NCBI GenBank assembly: GCA_964016885.1
Contig: OZ024741.1
Span: 140,430,001-140,494,000 of the forward strand
DNA from: Eledone cirrhosa
Lineage: Eukaryota
DNA length: 64,000 bases
Direction of reading: 5' to 3'
In this document: positions 37,467-52,644 of the stretch, in pieces
Layout: each line of letters opens with the position of its first letter
How positions within the stretch are numbered: position 1 is the stretch's first letter
The notes under the pieces: model-generated
The model's input: the letters and a program-made list of their open reading frames with translations, nothing else
Told to the model about the DNA's origin: nothing
Database searches by the model: none
Translations under genes and position numbers: made by a program

Positions 37467-37705
37467 CTGAAGTAAATTTTAAGTGGAAATATCCAAGAGT
37501 CCATAGGACGAGTTTAGCATAATTAATTACAACAGGGACATAAACAAGTATTCAAGTTTCGTTTTGTTCTGGGCCCCAATTTCTTTAGCCTGTCATGAGC
37601 AAAATGGAAAACCAAGATCTTGGTTTTCAATTTTTCTCATGACAGTGTGTAGAAATTGGGGCCCAGAACCCAACGAAACTTGAGTACATGTTTATGTCAC
37701 TGTTG

Positions 37706-37815
<110 letters not shown>

Positions 37816-38862
37816 ATTTGTATCTAATGAAACCGTTTTAGTTCTATAGACATCATTTCTATATAGCATTTACAATTTCTTCTTTACTAATGTAGTGTGT
37901 AACTTACCTAACTGTTGTAAAAAAGAAACGTTCGTAAATATTCAGTTTATATTAAATGTCATGCAACAGCTTTGGTCAACTGAAAGGAGTAGTAGAAGAA
38001 ATATAAAAATATGCCGCTAAGTGAGACAGAACATAAACCCATGTGTTTGCAAAGGTGCCTGCACCTACAAAGCAGTTATAATGTATTCATATTTTGCCAT
38101 GTACCTGGATATTAATATCGTGATAACTTTGTTGTGTTATATCTGAAATTCTGAAACGCCTGCCTTCTATTTTATTGTAGCTGTAAATTTACAAATAACT
38201 AATTTCCTTGAAATCCCACCATGAATATTTTTTATAAGAGCTTTTAATTTCCGATATCTTGCTTCATAATGAAAAACATAATCTGTATTCTAAAGCACAA
38301 ACCACCTACACAGGCTCTGTGAAAGTACAACCTACTTTTATCTCAATACATTAATCTCTTACGCTTTTTTTTTATTACCCTCAGAGCCTTAATGGTTTCA
38401 TGTGGCTTATAGATGATTTCATTTCTGAATTCGGTTCTTTGTTTGTAGAATTCATCCGACATCTAACTTTTTCTTATTTTTTTTTTAGATATTTTTAGAG
38501 ATCATTAAACCATTAGATCAAAGACACATCCAGTGTATATCTAGGTGAAGTAAGACAATATCCATAGAAGAAGCATTAGTATTCAACACTGAAAGTTAAC
38601 GAACCATTCTTTAATTTTGCAGTGCTTACACTTCTCTATTTCATTTCAGAAGTGTGTAGAATGTGATATATGTTTGTATTACGTAAGTTAAATATGATTC
38701 TAATCCAAAACGAGGGGTCGCTGAATGAACCATCTATTGGTCTGTAACATTAGAGATGGTGTGTTGATTCAACCGCAAAATCAATTTAACGAAAGATTGT
38801 TAAGACTACTTAATTCCAATATTGTTCGTGTTTAACTGACCTATATCAATCACACACACCCA

Positions 38863-38900
<38 letters not shown>

Positions 38901-38950
38901 ACACTTGGGGAGGGTCATCTAATTCATCTAATTCATCTAATTCATTGCCG

Positions 38951-39084
<134 letters not shown>

Positions 39085-39367
39085 GTATATATATATATTA
39101 TATTGTATGCAGGCAGACGACCACTTAGTTTATTGTAACTGGTAAAACTCGAAGTATCCGGAGGTTATGAATAATTTCCTAATAAATTATTGTAAAACCC
39201 ATTATGGATAAATATTCTTCACTATATATATATGTATATATATATATATATATATTAATAAAAGGAATTCCAACTTTGTCTGATTTACTCGTTTTATTTA
39301 CAATCCTTTAAAATTTATAATGGTATTAGAATGAAGCATGGTAGAATATTAAATGTTAAGTGTTAAT

Positions 39368-39406
39368 TGAACAAGTACTTTCATGCTTTCGCAATCTTCA
39401 GGTTCA
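39368..39406 (-). ncRNA. Minimal type I hammerhead ribozyme
   Basis: Minus strand TGAAC-CTGAAGA-T-TGC(GAAA)GCA-T-GAAA-GTAC-TT-GTTCA; AAGTACTT palindrome, GNRA loop on stem II. Confidence 0.8.
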
Positions 39407-39471
39407 CATTCTGTGGTGACAGTCAAGTTTGCACAGTTGAAAATTGCAAACTTGACTGTCACCACACAATA

Positions 39472-39510
39472 TGAACCTGAAGATTGCGAAAGCATGAAAG
39501 TACCTGTTCA
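39472..39510 (+). ncRNA. Minimal type I hammerhead ribozyme, cleavage triplet mutated
   Basis: TGAAC-CTGAAGA-TTGCGAAAGCAT-GAAA-GTAC-CT-GTTCA. Confidence 0.65.
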
Positions 39511-39676
39511 ATTAACACTTAACATTTAATATTCTACCATACTATTTCATTCTAATACCATTATACATTTTAAAGGATTGTAAATAAAACGAGTAAATTA
39601 GACAAAGTTGGAATTCTTTTTATTAATATATTCTTCTATACACAATCATACATACCCGTGTATATTTCTCTCTCGC

Positions 39677-39773
<97 letters not shown>

Positions 39774-40028
39774 TTATAACTACGGGAAAAACATGAAAGG
39801 CAGAAAAAACTAATCAGAAAGAAGTTGTCGGAAGGAGAAATTTATGGAGTGTTCAATCTTTAACATATGTTTATATACAATTACATAACCGTTTGGATGC
39901 GCTGACTGCATTATACAATGCTCAATCGTATGCAATACGTTTCTATGTTTGCAGTTCTTTGGAAACAAGTTATACAAGAAAATAATTTGATATACTACCG
40001 CATTTCTGTCATATATATATATATTCTG

Positions 40029-40086
<58 letters not shown>

Positions 40087-40090
<4 letters not shown>

Positions 40091-40538
40091 ACTAGAAACT
40101 GATTGACATATATATATATATTTAAAATAAACACATGAAACAATCACAGGGGATAATTTGTAAAGTGTGTAATCACACATAGCTAAGTAGGTAACTAATT
40201 AAAGTTCAACTAGAGCTTCAAATATTACCTTTTAAAAAATTATTTATCTTCCTTGTATATATTTCATTAAAGAAATATATTTCACCATTAATCCGTAAAG
40301 TAACAGTAGTCAAATCGCGGATCACCAGCAAGGGAGAAGATTTAACTATCTGTGTTTACACATCAAATGCAAATCTGCGAGTTATCCATCGCACATGTTC
40401 CGATTCCAAAACTAGTAACACCATGCTAGCGTCATCCCAGTGGCGTGACTAGGGTGATCGACATCTATAAATAACAGCCGAGTCCTTTCAACTGAGTTAG
40501 CTCTACAATTAAGGAGCCGTGTATATATCCAAAATTAA
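40087..40538. repeat. Dispersed repeat, copy 2 of 3838-4314
   Basis: Colinear similarity with 3838-4314, same orientation. Confidence 0.8.
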
Positions 40539-43149
40539 TTTCTGTTAGAAATGATTACATGATTACAATAAAAGATTTTGTTCGTGTATATAAAGATTAG
40601 ATATTGTCACAATCGTCATTGGTTATATTGCAGGAAGGAAAAAGACAATGGTTGCTTTTAGTTTTATTTATTATAATAATAATAGTTTTATTTATATTTT
40701 TTTAAATTATAAATGAAGAAATATAGTCTGAAAGAATTCACTCTATCACTAAGATGTAACGTTTACATTTTTGCTACTTAGTGCAGACATAACAAGACAA
40801 TGTTTTAAAAAATAAACGAAATGAATGGAATTCATAGTTTTTCATATTTATTATTGAACAGATGCTTTAAGAAATCTTTAAGCTTCCATTTGATTCATTT
40901 TCAGTTAGATTACTTGTCTGTTATTGATATTGATCGAAGCTAAAGTAACGTTTCTTCTTTGCTAATATTGGATAATTATATTGAATTTAGTTAGTTTTGC
41001 TAGTTTGAAGTATATATTCAACAGAAGTTATGCAGTGTGGAAACAGCAATTAAAGGTCTTTAAAACTTTGTTAGAAGATGTAGAAAAATATGAACGATTG
41101 GAACGACAGGTTAGAGTAACGAATAGTATTTCGTTGGGTCGAAAGTGTTTTTTGTTTCATCAGTTCAACGTTTGTTTGTGATGGATGTACCTAACACTGA
41201 ACTACCTCACTTTACATGGCTATATATAACAAACCCTATCAACTTGAGCAGCTGAAGTGTGCGTGTCGGACATTTGTTGGTTTCGAAGACATGTGTACGA
41301 AACAGGCTGCGTGTGAAATTAACGTGCATGTGGCTGAGAATATCATAAACACGATTAACATTAACAACATCTAAGGGAAATTCAGTATGAAACAGTGGGG
41401 GACAATACTTCCACTTTGAAGTACAAGTGCATGCCATATATGCTAGCTGAAGCATCGTAAATTGTAATAAAGTAGATTGCTGACGGAGAGAGTTTGCTTG
41501 GTATCGAACTCACAACGTGATGTTCGTGTGCCGATTACAATAATTACAAAGCTATGTGTTGTCATAGTTAAGCATATAAGATGAGACACACGTGCATGTT
41601 TTGCTTCCTGGCTAGAAATATGTCGAGGATTATATATATCCTAGCTGAGATATATGAATCTTAGATTACTCGTGAGATATCAAGACATAATATATAATTC
41701 GAATATATAGTTCTTTTGGTAATGGGCATTTTAATCATAAATGAATTTCAATAAAATGCGTTATAACAACATTAAAAGAAACATATTCACTGATATGTGT
41801 CTGTAAACTTTTTATTGAAAAAAAATCATAATCTATGATTGATTATTAAAAAGGTCTACTATGAATGGTTCATGATATTTTTCAATAACTTTATCGAAAT
41901 GTATTCACATTGTCTGTATGCTCTCTTTTATTAAATTGAAAACAGCTCTGAATAATATCACCAGAATATCTGATAGCTTTTAATACATAACAAATAAATA
42001 ATATTTGTTTAAATTTTCGCTCATCACAGATAAACCTAGACATATGTATATAAAGAAAAATAATAATCTCGGTAATTAAGAAAAGATAGCGTGTATACAC
42101 TATTTATTTAATATCGAATTTATTAATTTGCTTCTACAGGAATAAAACTGTTTCATTTGAATTATTTGTCTGGATAAGGTACATACATGAATTAATATGA
42201 ATATTTAAAGGCTATCTTTATTGGTGGCGAGTTGACAAAGTTCAGAAAATACTCCAAGTTTGAATCTCATTGTATTGACTTTGTCATTATTTTATCCCTT
42301 TGGGTATCGATAAATATAATATCAGTCCATGGTCGGTGGATTGGCGGAATAGTGAAAGAATGGGATCTCATACGTTGCCGATTATATTTAGGCTATGTAG
42401 ATCCGCAGATCAAACCTTGTCTCAGTCTACCAGGGTATGAAACCACTAAATATTATCAGCAACAGATAAACAAATAGAAAACTTGTTTCCTTTGTCCGAT
42501 CTGACAATCGGCTCCTTTCCGTTTGTTTGAAGGAGAGTTTAGAACAGAAGTAACCCCACCTAACAGCAACTAATAGCAAAGGCAGTGAGAATAACGCAAC
42601 TTCTTGCTGTTTTTCTTTTAAGTATTCAAACCCAGTTGCTAGAGATCAATAGAATCCATTATCTTTGATATCACGAACTCGACACTTTCCATAGTTAGCG
42701 AAGTTAACGGAGAAATAAAGATAGTAAGTAGAATTTTATAAGTTAAGAGTAAACAAAATGCTATAATTAGCTCGGCTGAGAGAAAGTGTGTGTTTTTCAA
42801 TACGTTAATTTAGAGTATTGAGTAATGAGATAAAAGGAGATGGAATCTGTAGAAAAGTAAACAATAGATTTCTACACAATTTCAAATAAAGATACCATAT
42901 ATACAAATAGAAGTTTACCATTATGCTTTTCTTTTGAATGTATTTCATTTTCTCCAAGAGTCCTTTATCGCAAAATCATTTTTCTTCTAGCAAAGAATAA
43001 ACTTTTGATCACATTTAAATTATAACCTAGGTTTCAGTATTCTTACGCGGTTCAATTACTTAGTCACACATTTAGCCTTTTCTTCGTGACAATCTCAAAT
43101 TGCCTGGCAACTCTGAAGTGAAGACAACAAAGCTAAGAAAAGTACTATT

Positions 43150-43417
<268 letters not shown>

Positions 43418-43424
43418 TAGACAC

Positions 43425-43560
43425 TAGGCTGCGGCCATGTTGGAGCATTCCTTGATTTAGTCGATCATATTGACTCCAGTACATATATGTTTCAAAAGTG
43501 GCATTTATTGCGTCGATCTTTGTCTTGTCCAACGTTCAATCACGTGATATATACAGACAC
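43425..43560. mobile_element. Possible SINE remnant resembling a common octopus interspersed repeat
   Basis: CTGCGGCCATGTTGGAGCA..TTAGTCGATCATATTGACTCCAGTAC; recognised from memory, not from a search. Confidence 0.4.
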
Positions 43561-43662
43561 AAACGTAAACACACGTATACCCACCCACACACAGGTATAT
43601 ATGCACATACATACGCACACAAATGCATGCATATATTCCTATATATGTATATATATATATAT

Positions 43663-43727
<65 letters not shown>

Positions 43728-44059
43728 TATTTATTTATTTATATATATATATATTGATTTATGTATATATATATTTATTTATGTATATATATATATATAA
43801 ATGGAAAAAATGGAAAAATTCATTTCTCACTCTTAGTACGGCTGTTACTTAAATATAAGTACGTATACCTACATACATATATGTATACAGACGTACAGTA
43901 ATATGTGTATATATACATACATGCACATATATATATATGTACGTATGGATTTACCGAACATGTATTATAATGCTCGATTTGTTTGTAAACAAACATCCCG
44001 TATTAAGCCGTACAGTGTTTAGCAACCATCGTTGCCCTTTGGTTCAACAATGGCAAAGG

Positions 44060-45750
44060 AACGATATACTAGTTTCAAAAGTTAATAAGGTGAGATTCCT
44101 TGCTGATGCGCTGGCTGTGGGTGGCATTATCTTTAAATTTGTAGAGGGGAAAGATTCTAAAGTTGGGATGATTTAGGGCGGCACAGGTATCAATGTGTTC
44201 ACTCAGTTGTCTTTTTCTGTATTCCCGTATTTTAATTTGGGATCTATGGACAGTCATGCGTTGGCGGAGGCTGTTTTTAGTCTGGCCTATGTATTGTTCT
44301 CGACAACCTGAGCAAGTTAATACATATATTAGATTTTCGGATGCGCATGTGTTTTACTATCAAACGTTGTCCTTCTTTGAAATAGAATTCCGAACCCTCT
44401 ATTAACGTGTCTAGGGTGACAAGAGTTGAAAGGTAGATATTACTTGGAGTCTGTGGGTTTGTAGTATATGTCTGTTTCTATTTTTTTGTTGTGAATCTTA
44501 ATGAGGATGTCGAAGAAGGGGAGTTGTTGATGGCTGTATTCCATCGTAAAGTTAATATTCGTGTTGAGCCCATTTATAAGGGTCTGAAATTCTTTAAGTT
44601 TCCCGATGTTTTCGTGCCAAATGATGAAGCAGTCATTTAGATATCGCTTCCAGTTCTTTTCTATGTGTAAGTGGAGAGTGTTTCCAAATTTGTTTAGTAC
44701 TTTCGTGTAGAGGGTGATTTCCAGGTATCCCATGACTAGGTTGGCAGAAGTCGGGGCTGTTTTCGTCCCCATAGCGGTCCCAGATTTCTGCCTGTAGGAT
44801 TTGGTATTGAAACGAAGTAATTATTCTCCAAGATAAATTTGAGTCCTTCTATCACGAATTCTTTTTGATGCTTGTGGGAGTTCATTGTGATAATTATCCA
44901 GCCAGAATTGGATAGCTTCTATTCCTAGGTTGTGGGGGATGTTGGAGTATAGGTTGACTACATCGAACGTCACTAGTAGGGTTTGTTCAGAAAGGGGCAT
45001 ATTAGGAAGGTGATTGATCATATCTAGGTCGTCCCTTATATAGCTTTTGATGTGTTTGAAAAAAGGCTTGAGAAGGGTATCAATGAAGTTGCTAAGGAGG
45101 TGGGTTTCGCAAGCGGGGCCTGCTATTATAGGTCTTAATTTGAGATCATTGGGTGAGGGGACATTGATGTCTATGACTGTGGCTTCCTTGCATGCCTTAC
45201 TTATTAATTCGCTCTTATGTACTTTAGGGATACCGTAGAAAAGGCTGGATTTACTTATGAAATCTGTTATGAAGCCGAATTCCTTGTTAGTGAGTCCTTC
45301 TTTGTATTGGTTGATCAGAGTTTTTAGGTTTCTCATAATTTTCTGTTGATTGTAGTGTTCAGCCTTTTCGTAGTATGTTTCGTTTTCCAAAGTGGAGAGC
45401 GCTAAGTTGATATAGAATTATGTCTCCATTCGGACTACTGTACTCCCTTTAACAGCCTCTTCAATTGTAATAGTTCTGTCGGTTTTTAATCTATTTAATT
45501 CTTCCCATTCTTTCTTGTTGAGGTTTGGCTTGTGTTTTTGTCTGTGCAAATGTTGGTAAGGGAAGTGTGTGATGTGTTCACAGAATTCGTCCAGGATTTA
45601 ATTCTACCTTTTGATGGGGTGTAGTTGCTTCTATTTCTGGCTAATGATTCATCCTCATTGTACTGGTCGAATAGTTCTTCACTGAGTCGTAACTTGACCT
45701 CTAGCGACCAATGAAAATTGTTTTGACTACAAGAATTTTTGCAACACAAA
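44060..45750 (-). mobile_element. Penelope-like element (RT + GIY-YIG endonuclease), decayed
   Basis: FYGIPKVHK, LRPII, LVTFDVVNLYSNIP, MGTKTAPTSANL, WKRYLNDCF, LPFFDI, YYKPT; NLIYVLTC..C..QYIGQT..LRQRMTVH. Confidence 0.9.
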
Positions 45751-46048
45751 TTGGCGCGAAATTTATACTACTCATTCACGTGACATTCAACAACCAACCA
45801 AATCTTAATACCTCTGGGGCCACGTTTTTCACATAAAACAGGGACAATTTCCAAAACTGATCAGATTAGAGCAAACATCACGGGCGCTCTATCTCAAAAT
45901 TATTTTTGAAAATTATTATAAATGCGCAACCGGTAAAAACTTAAAACTAAAACTGAATACTAACCAATACTTATTACTAATTTATACTTATTCCTAATTA
46001 AACTATTTTTCACTGGGAAAAATTAGTCAGCATTTTATTTTCCTTTTA

Positions 46049-46127
<79 letters not shown>

Positions 46128-46132
46128 ATATA

Positions 46133-46214
<82 letters not shown>

Positions 46215-46373
46215 AAATAGGATTTCGCTTCATGCATAGCTTTATACAATATGTATAAATATTTCGTATCTCCAAAGAAATACGGTTTTAGGAAGCCGTA
46301 GCTATGCAAACACCGGGGTGGGGGGGGGAGGCTGGCGCCCTCTGGTGATGTCCAGCAGAAGCAAGGGGGACAG

Positions 46374-46415
46374 CCGTCTATGCATTTCAGGCTTAACTGG
46401 CCTTCGTCAGGACGG
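46374..46415 (-). ncRNA. Minimal type I hammerhead ribozyme, intact
   Basis: Minus strand CCGTC-CTGACGA-AGGC(CAGTTAA)GCCT-GAAA-TGCA-TA-GACGG; perfect stems I and II, ATGCAT palindrome in stem III. Confidence 0.88.
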
Positions 46416-47099
46416 TCCCTCCCACGGCTTGCGACATGTATGTATGTATCTAAAAGGTAAACAGAAATAACAACACAATATGTACAGTATATGGAAGAAA
46501 TATATTAGGTTAACGCTTGCAATAGCAGGAAGAGGGTCTTAACATATGATGGTAAATAAGCTTTTGTTTCTGTATATCAAGAATGAATGTTTAAACAAGA
46601 AAAGTGTTTACCAGAGAGTTGAATTATCCCTTGAATTATCCTTTGAATCGTTTAGCATAACTATCCAAGCAGGGGAATATGGTATATATGTCCAGAAGAG
46701 ATCACGGAATATATTAATATAAGCAGATATTACACCAAGAAAAATATAAACATCGGCGTGAAATAGAATGAAATACAATCTACAATTACACTAACTGATT
46801 GTATGCCATTCTATTTTTATTGTCATTTTAACTTATTTATATTTTCTTAAACAAATATCCCATTCCTGAATTCTACCGCTTAGTGAATAGTCACTCCCAC
46901 AATGTGAAGTGTGATAAATAATTAAGTATTGCATATGATTGAACAATATATATTGTAATCAGCATATGTAGACGATTATAATAGTTACAGAAACATATGT
47001 TAAAGCAAATAAATTCCTAATCTCCTTCACGCTGATGTCTATACATTTCTTGGTGCAATACTTGCATATATATATATATATGGATTCAGGCTCCTTCTC

Positions 47100-47540
47100 C
47101 TTATGAAAATAGTACATTGGGGCAATCTGCCTGCGCTCTGGTGGCATGATAGTGGGGTCAGCCGACACCACCGAACCTCGCATGAAGATTCGCCTGTAGC
47201 CAGCCGTCACTGTCTAAAGTAACATTTCAAATGAGTTCCACATAGCATCGGTTTGTGGCATCGTGTTTACCAAGGCGATGTTCATGAGTGTGGCAGGGCA
47301 CACTGCGCAGCGTGAACAAGAATTTAGGAAGGCCGAAGCAGAACCTCAAGGGAAAGAGCGCCGAGTGCGGTGCGCGTCAATAAGGCACAACCTCTTCGTA
47401 TGACTTTCAAGGGGATTGGAGAGCCGATAATGTGGGTGCTGTCTTTGGGCGTTATTCAGGCGACGGACAAGACGGGCTGGGTGTGCATATGTCTTCATCA
47501 GTGAGATATAATATTACATCCGGCAGCTGGGGAAATTCCT
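47100..47540 (-). mobile_element. CRE-like non-LTR retrotransposon RT C-terminal fragment
   Basis: Manual translation of a GC-richer island gives IIGSPI, LRFCFGLPKFLFTLRSVP and DGWLQANLHARFGGVG (cf. WxQAxLPxxxGGLG), split by frameshifts. Confidence 0.6.
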
Positions 47541-48699
47541 AAATTAATTCAGTGAGAATCCAGTGCTGATAATGATGATTATAATTATAGAGGTTAAGGT
47601 GCCATTGAAATATAATGTCTGATCTGTGATATCTCACGCTTTTTGACATTTCAATACATGTACTGTTGCAATTCTGTGAAATTAAATAACTCGACTTTGT
47701 ATTGAAACTGCATTGCCTATTCGCCTCGGTGGGGACCTACCTCTAATCTGTTATTAATAATTCGTTAATATTCCGAACATAGGAACATTTCATTACACTT
47801 AAGTCGAAATCCCTTCTATTTTGTACTTATTTCTATGTCAGAGGTTTTATCATAATCCAAACTACTAAATCTTCGTAAAGCCTACTTTAAAGTTTTGACA
47901 GGAAACAAAATTAAAAAAGATTCACTTATAATTTATGTGCCATCTTTTTATATGAATAGAATACCAGATTTAAACCAAGAAAAACATTCTTGGAAATAAT
48001 CCCAGTCTTTTGTCACGGAAACAATAATTCAGAAAATATATATTGAAAAAAGAATTTTTTTCTTTATATTTAAATGGAGTTAATCTGTTTTTTCAATCAA
48101 ACTAATATCTTTTAAATGGTATATTTTGTCAAATAACTCGTTCTTTCATTAATCGATGCAATTTTCCATTTCTGTTTAAGCATTATTGTAAAGATTTACT
48201 TTTGAGATTTTAATTGATTCTACAATATTGCATGTGATCATAAGAGAATTTTAAATATTTGTTTGTTTTTATATTTTCATTCCCAGTAATGGTGCCACCG
48301 AAACCATCGTTTAACTATAACCATCTTTGGTATTATATTTACACATAGGTCTTTATTTTACTTGAAACGTTCAATTTGGTTTGAGTAGCAGTTTAGTTCT
48401 TGGAAACAATTTCAAAATCGTTTTACTCTATTGCATTTTTAATATTGCCGCTGATATAAAATGTGACACACCCTCACACACGCATCCACATTCACATCAT
48501 ATACACACAATTAAACATGCACATACATACATGCGTGCACCACACGCGTAGAGAAAATTGGTAGAAAATTTGGTCGAAGCACAGAAATTTAAGAGAAGTG
48601 AATCTCATTAACTTACCTTTTCTTTTGCTGTCTAGTTTTCGTTTATAGCTGAAACAGCTTTGGATGGATGACAATTGTTATTTGTAAAAGAAAATCAAT

Positions 48700-48735
<36 letters not shown>

Positions 48736-49113
48736 GTCATCAGCAACATCCCGTTACAACTCAATAAAGGAGTCGTTTGCATTATCATTAGATATTACGG
48801 AGTTTGCAGTCACAGCATATCGCTTTGTAAACATATTTGATAGCACTAACGCTCTCCATTCCCCTGCTGTCACCACGTGAAGCCAAACAAACACACAAGC
48901 AAAAATAAATTGTGAAAAGCCATATAGGCTAACCCAAGAAACACCACACAAGACAAGACTGCGGAAATAAAGCAAGAGAAAGTAATGGTGTACACGATAT
49001 GAACGGTTGTATTGAAAGAAGGAGTATTTGAATAACCGATACTCGCCATTCTCATCCGATTCGCGTCAAAATGCCTGCATCAGTGGAACAGCATGTTCTT
49101 CTGCAGCGTAGCC

Positions 49114-49178
<65 letters not shown>

Positions 49179-49921
49179 GTGTGTGCGTGTGTGTGTTTGT
49201 GTGTAGCTATGTGTGCCTGTATGTATGTATAAGTGTATGTAAAAGTCTGTATATGTGTCAATATATAAAAATTATCCATGCAAGGACACAGATATATTTA
49301 CGGTTTCCTGCACATATACACACAAAAAACTCATATATTAATACAAATTAAATTTTGCATATATATTTTCGAATTCGTTATATATTATACATATTTTCGA
49401 GACGGATGTTGAGAATTTTTTTTTTATTTTTAATATATTTTTTATCAGGACGTTATTTGATATTATACGTCATAAATTGTATTTCAACACGGATAATTTT
49501 ATAATGTTACATACACTTCAATATATGTTCTACCATAAAATGAAATATAAATACGCCCGTTTAGTTTCATGTAGCTGAACGTTTGTAAATATTTCTTTTT
49601 TTAAGCAATCGTTTGAAAATCGAAACTTATATAATATGAAGGCAATTTGGCTGAATATTTAAACTGTGGTATTGAATGTTTCCTGGTATTCTCCACTGTT
49701 ACTGACTCTGATTTCAAGTCCCACCGTGATGGGATTGACTCTTTCCCAGTAACACTTAACACATATATCTGTCCCCGTGCCCGAAGACGGGTAGTTAACA
49801 AGTGCTTCCTCCAATATACAACGGTGGGCATAACTGGATCCTGAAACCAAAGGATGCACGTACATGTTAAGTGTATGAAGCTCTGTTTATTCTAAATAAG
49901 CTCTCTTGCAAGCAGATCTCT

Positions 49922-49985
<64 letters not shown>

Positions 49986-50275
49986 CACACACATAAATGC
50001 ACACATACATACATGATGATGGGTGCCCCCTCGTTATCGAGTATGGTCATTGCACGATGTAACATTATCAATAATTATCAATCAATGCTATTGTGCAATG
50101 CCTGTGCGTGAAGAATGTTAAAGTGAGGAAAGACTGTGCACTGAGCTAATACCACTTTCTAAGCGACAGTAGCCATAACCAGAAAAGAAGAAAAGATCAA
50201 CATCATCGGTAACTACTGAGCCGTAGCTTTTGTATCGGAGTTATCCTCGTTTCCTGGGTTGGCAACTCCGAAAGA

Positions 50276-50790
50276 ATGTCGTCACACTACTATCTCAATA
50301 TGAGACACGATGTAATAGCTAGAACCGTCTGGAGCGCACTTAGGAAAACAAAATTAAAAACAAATGAGGAGGAATATGTTAATATAGATGGCACTAAAGA
50401 ATACTGGTGGAACCTGAAAATAAAAACTGCCACCAAATTAAAGCAAACCCTCCTGATATTGTTGTTTGGGACCACACATTGAAAACGTGCTCTGTTGTAG
50501 AGATCAGCTTCCCATTTGATGTCAAAGTTGTCATAAAATACAAAAGAAGGAGGACATCTACGGACAATTGATGAGGAGTTTGCATATCCAATATCCAAGA
50601 TATACCTTCAGCTTCATACACATCATTATTGGAGCTACAAGTTATATACCAACCCGCTTGGTCCAAAGTATGACTGAACTTGGATATGTGGACAAAGAGC
50701 GCAGCTCCCTATTTCATAGACTACAAATAGCTGCGATAGCTGGCCCCTTCAAAATTTGCAAAACATTCTTGCGATTGAAGGGATGGCAAT
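50276..50790 (+). mobile_element. 3' fragment of a third REL-type non-LTR family
   Basis: YYLNMRHDVIARTVW, EYWWNLKIKT, PDIVVWD..CSVVEISFPFD, IIIGA, LQIAAIAGPFKICKTFL. Confidence 0.75.
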
Positions 50791-51482
50791 TTATTTTCTT
50801 TTACAACCTTGCCACAAGGAAGGTAGCCGGTCAAATATGTACTCAAAATTAAGGGAAAAAGAAGCGTACATGCATACATACATAAACACAATATGCCAGA
50901 TGCAACCTGAAGACAAGCATGCATCTTTATCAGTATTTATTGTAGACTTTGTTTTATTTTATTCTAAGTGAGTTTTAGATATAGTGTCATGTTATATTTA
51001 GTTTATGTCTCTGGTAGGTGAGGGTAATTTTACATATATGGATAATATTTCCTTGAGTTCGTGGATAACGTTCGTGTAATGTTATCATGTTGTAATTTAT
51101 GTCTGGGCAATTAACGTTATGATATTTCTTTGTTTCGTTTTTATTTGTTTATTCTTTATTATTCTCACTTATCAGACTGTAGGCCAATTTTGTTGTGATT
51201 GAATGCAGGAATACTATTCGAGTTAGTTATATTTTGTCAAACAATTTTGCAAATCGGTTACTGTATCATCGTACCCACCCAAAGTCGTTTTGTCGCTGTT
51301 TAAAGAAAGTGTGCACACTGGTCAGTTGGGTTCGAATTTAATATGAACTTAGTTTGCCATTGAGTAAGTGAAGAAACGGCCAAAGTTATGTCCGTTCTAT
51401 TAGGCTTGCTTCGTCTCCTAATTCCTAATTATATATAAATATATATACATATGTGTGTGTGTGTGTATGTGTGTGTGTGTGG

Positions 51483-51561
<79 letters not shown>

Positions 51562-52533
51562 TACAATGCGGTATGAAGTATGTGTTTTTATTTATATAGC
51601 TTTTGGGTGTCGTATATATGTAATATCTATCCTTTAACCATTTCGTTTATTTCAATATTTGTTTCTTGTTATGATACAAGCTACCAATATCTGTGATTAA
51701 TTTCGAGTAGCTTATGGTTGAGATACGTAAAGAGAATGATGGTGTATTACGCAATGTTGAAGTAGTCACTGCAGATGATAATAGTTTAATTATACAAAAA
51801 CTACATAGGCTGGATGGTGTAGCTCATGGCTGGTTTACGAAATAGGGATTGAATTTCGGAGGTTGCTATTGTGGTGGTTGTGTGAGCATATCTATGGTGA
51901 TCTCTGTATGGGTTAAGGTAATCTGAGTGGTTTATATATGGGTTAATGTAATCAGCGGTCTTATTTACATTTATAGAAGAATATACATGTGTATGTATAT
52001 ATGTATGTGTGTATGCATGTCTGTGTGTATGTGTGCATGCATGTGTATGTATGTATGTAAGTATATTTATATGCATATATGTATATATGTGTGCAAGATG
52101 TTTTTAAGAAACAAGAGAAATTATGTAAAATATAACATTTATTTGGTTGCTGACGTTTCACTTTATTTTCACTTCTACGGCAACACGATCAATAAAACTC
52201 CATGAAATATTATACAGAACGGAATTCCCCTATGCAATTTTATATCAAGGCCTCTGTATTTGATTAACAACTTAAAATATCTGAATCACTCATAAGGGAG
52301 AAATAGAGTTTTGATATGTAATTGCGATTTGGTTCGGTTCCATGATGATCTTTTAAGATATAAAAACAATTTTTACATGAGTTGATCCGGAGAAAATTGT
52401 TTGCTTTTACCAATAGTATAATCTTCCCTGAAGTCATTGTGTCACATTATGAACACTCACACAAACATTTTAAAGTAAATATATATACATACACAGACAT
52501 ACGCACGCACACATACATATTTACACACACACT

Positions 52534-52609
<76 letters not shown>

Positions 52610-52613
52610 TATA

Positions 52614-52644
<31 letters not shown>

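Larger units (their letters stand above)
39250..39631. repeat. ~185-bp-arm inverted repeat (11-nt loop), one hammerhead per arm
   Basis: 39250-39433 versus 39445-39631 reverse complement with scattered mismatches; (TA)n at left. Confidence 0.9.

Noticed and set aside
47470-47510. CTGATGA on the minus strand followed by an AGAC/GTCT stem
   Set aside because: No GAAA or stem III follows; it lies within a CRE-like coding remnant.
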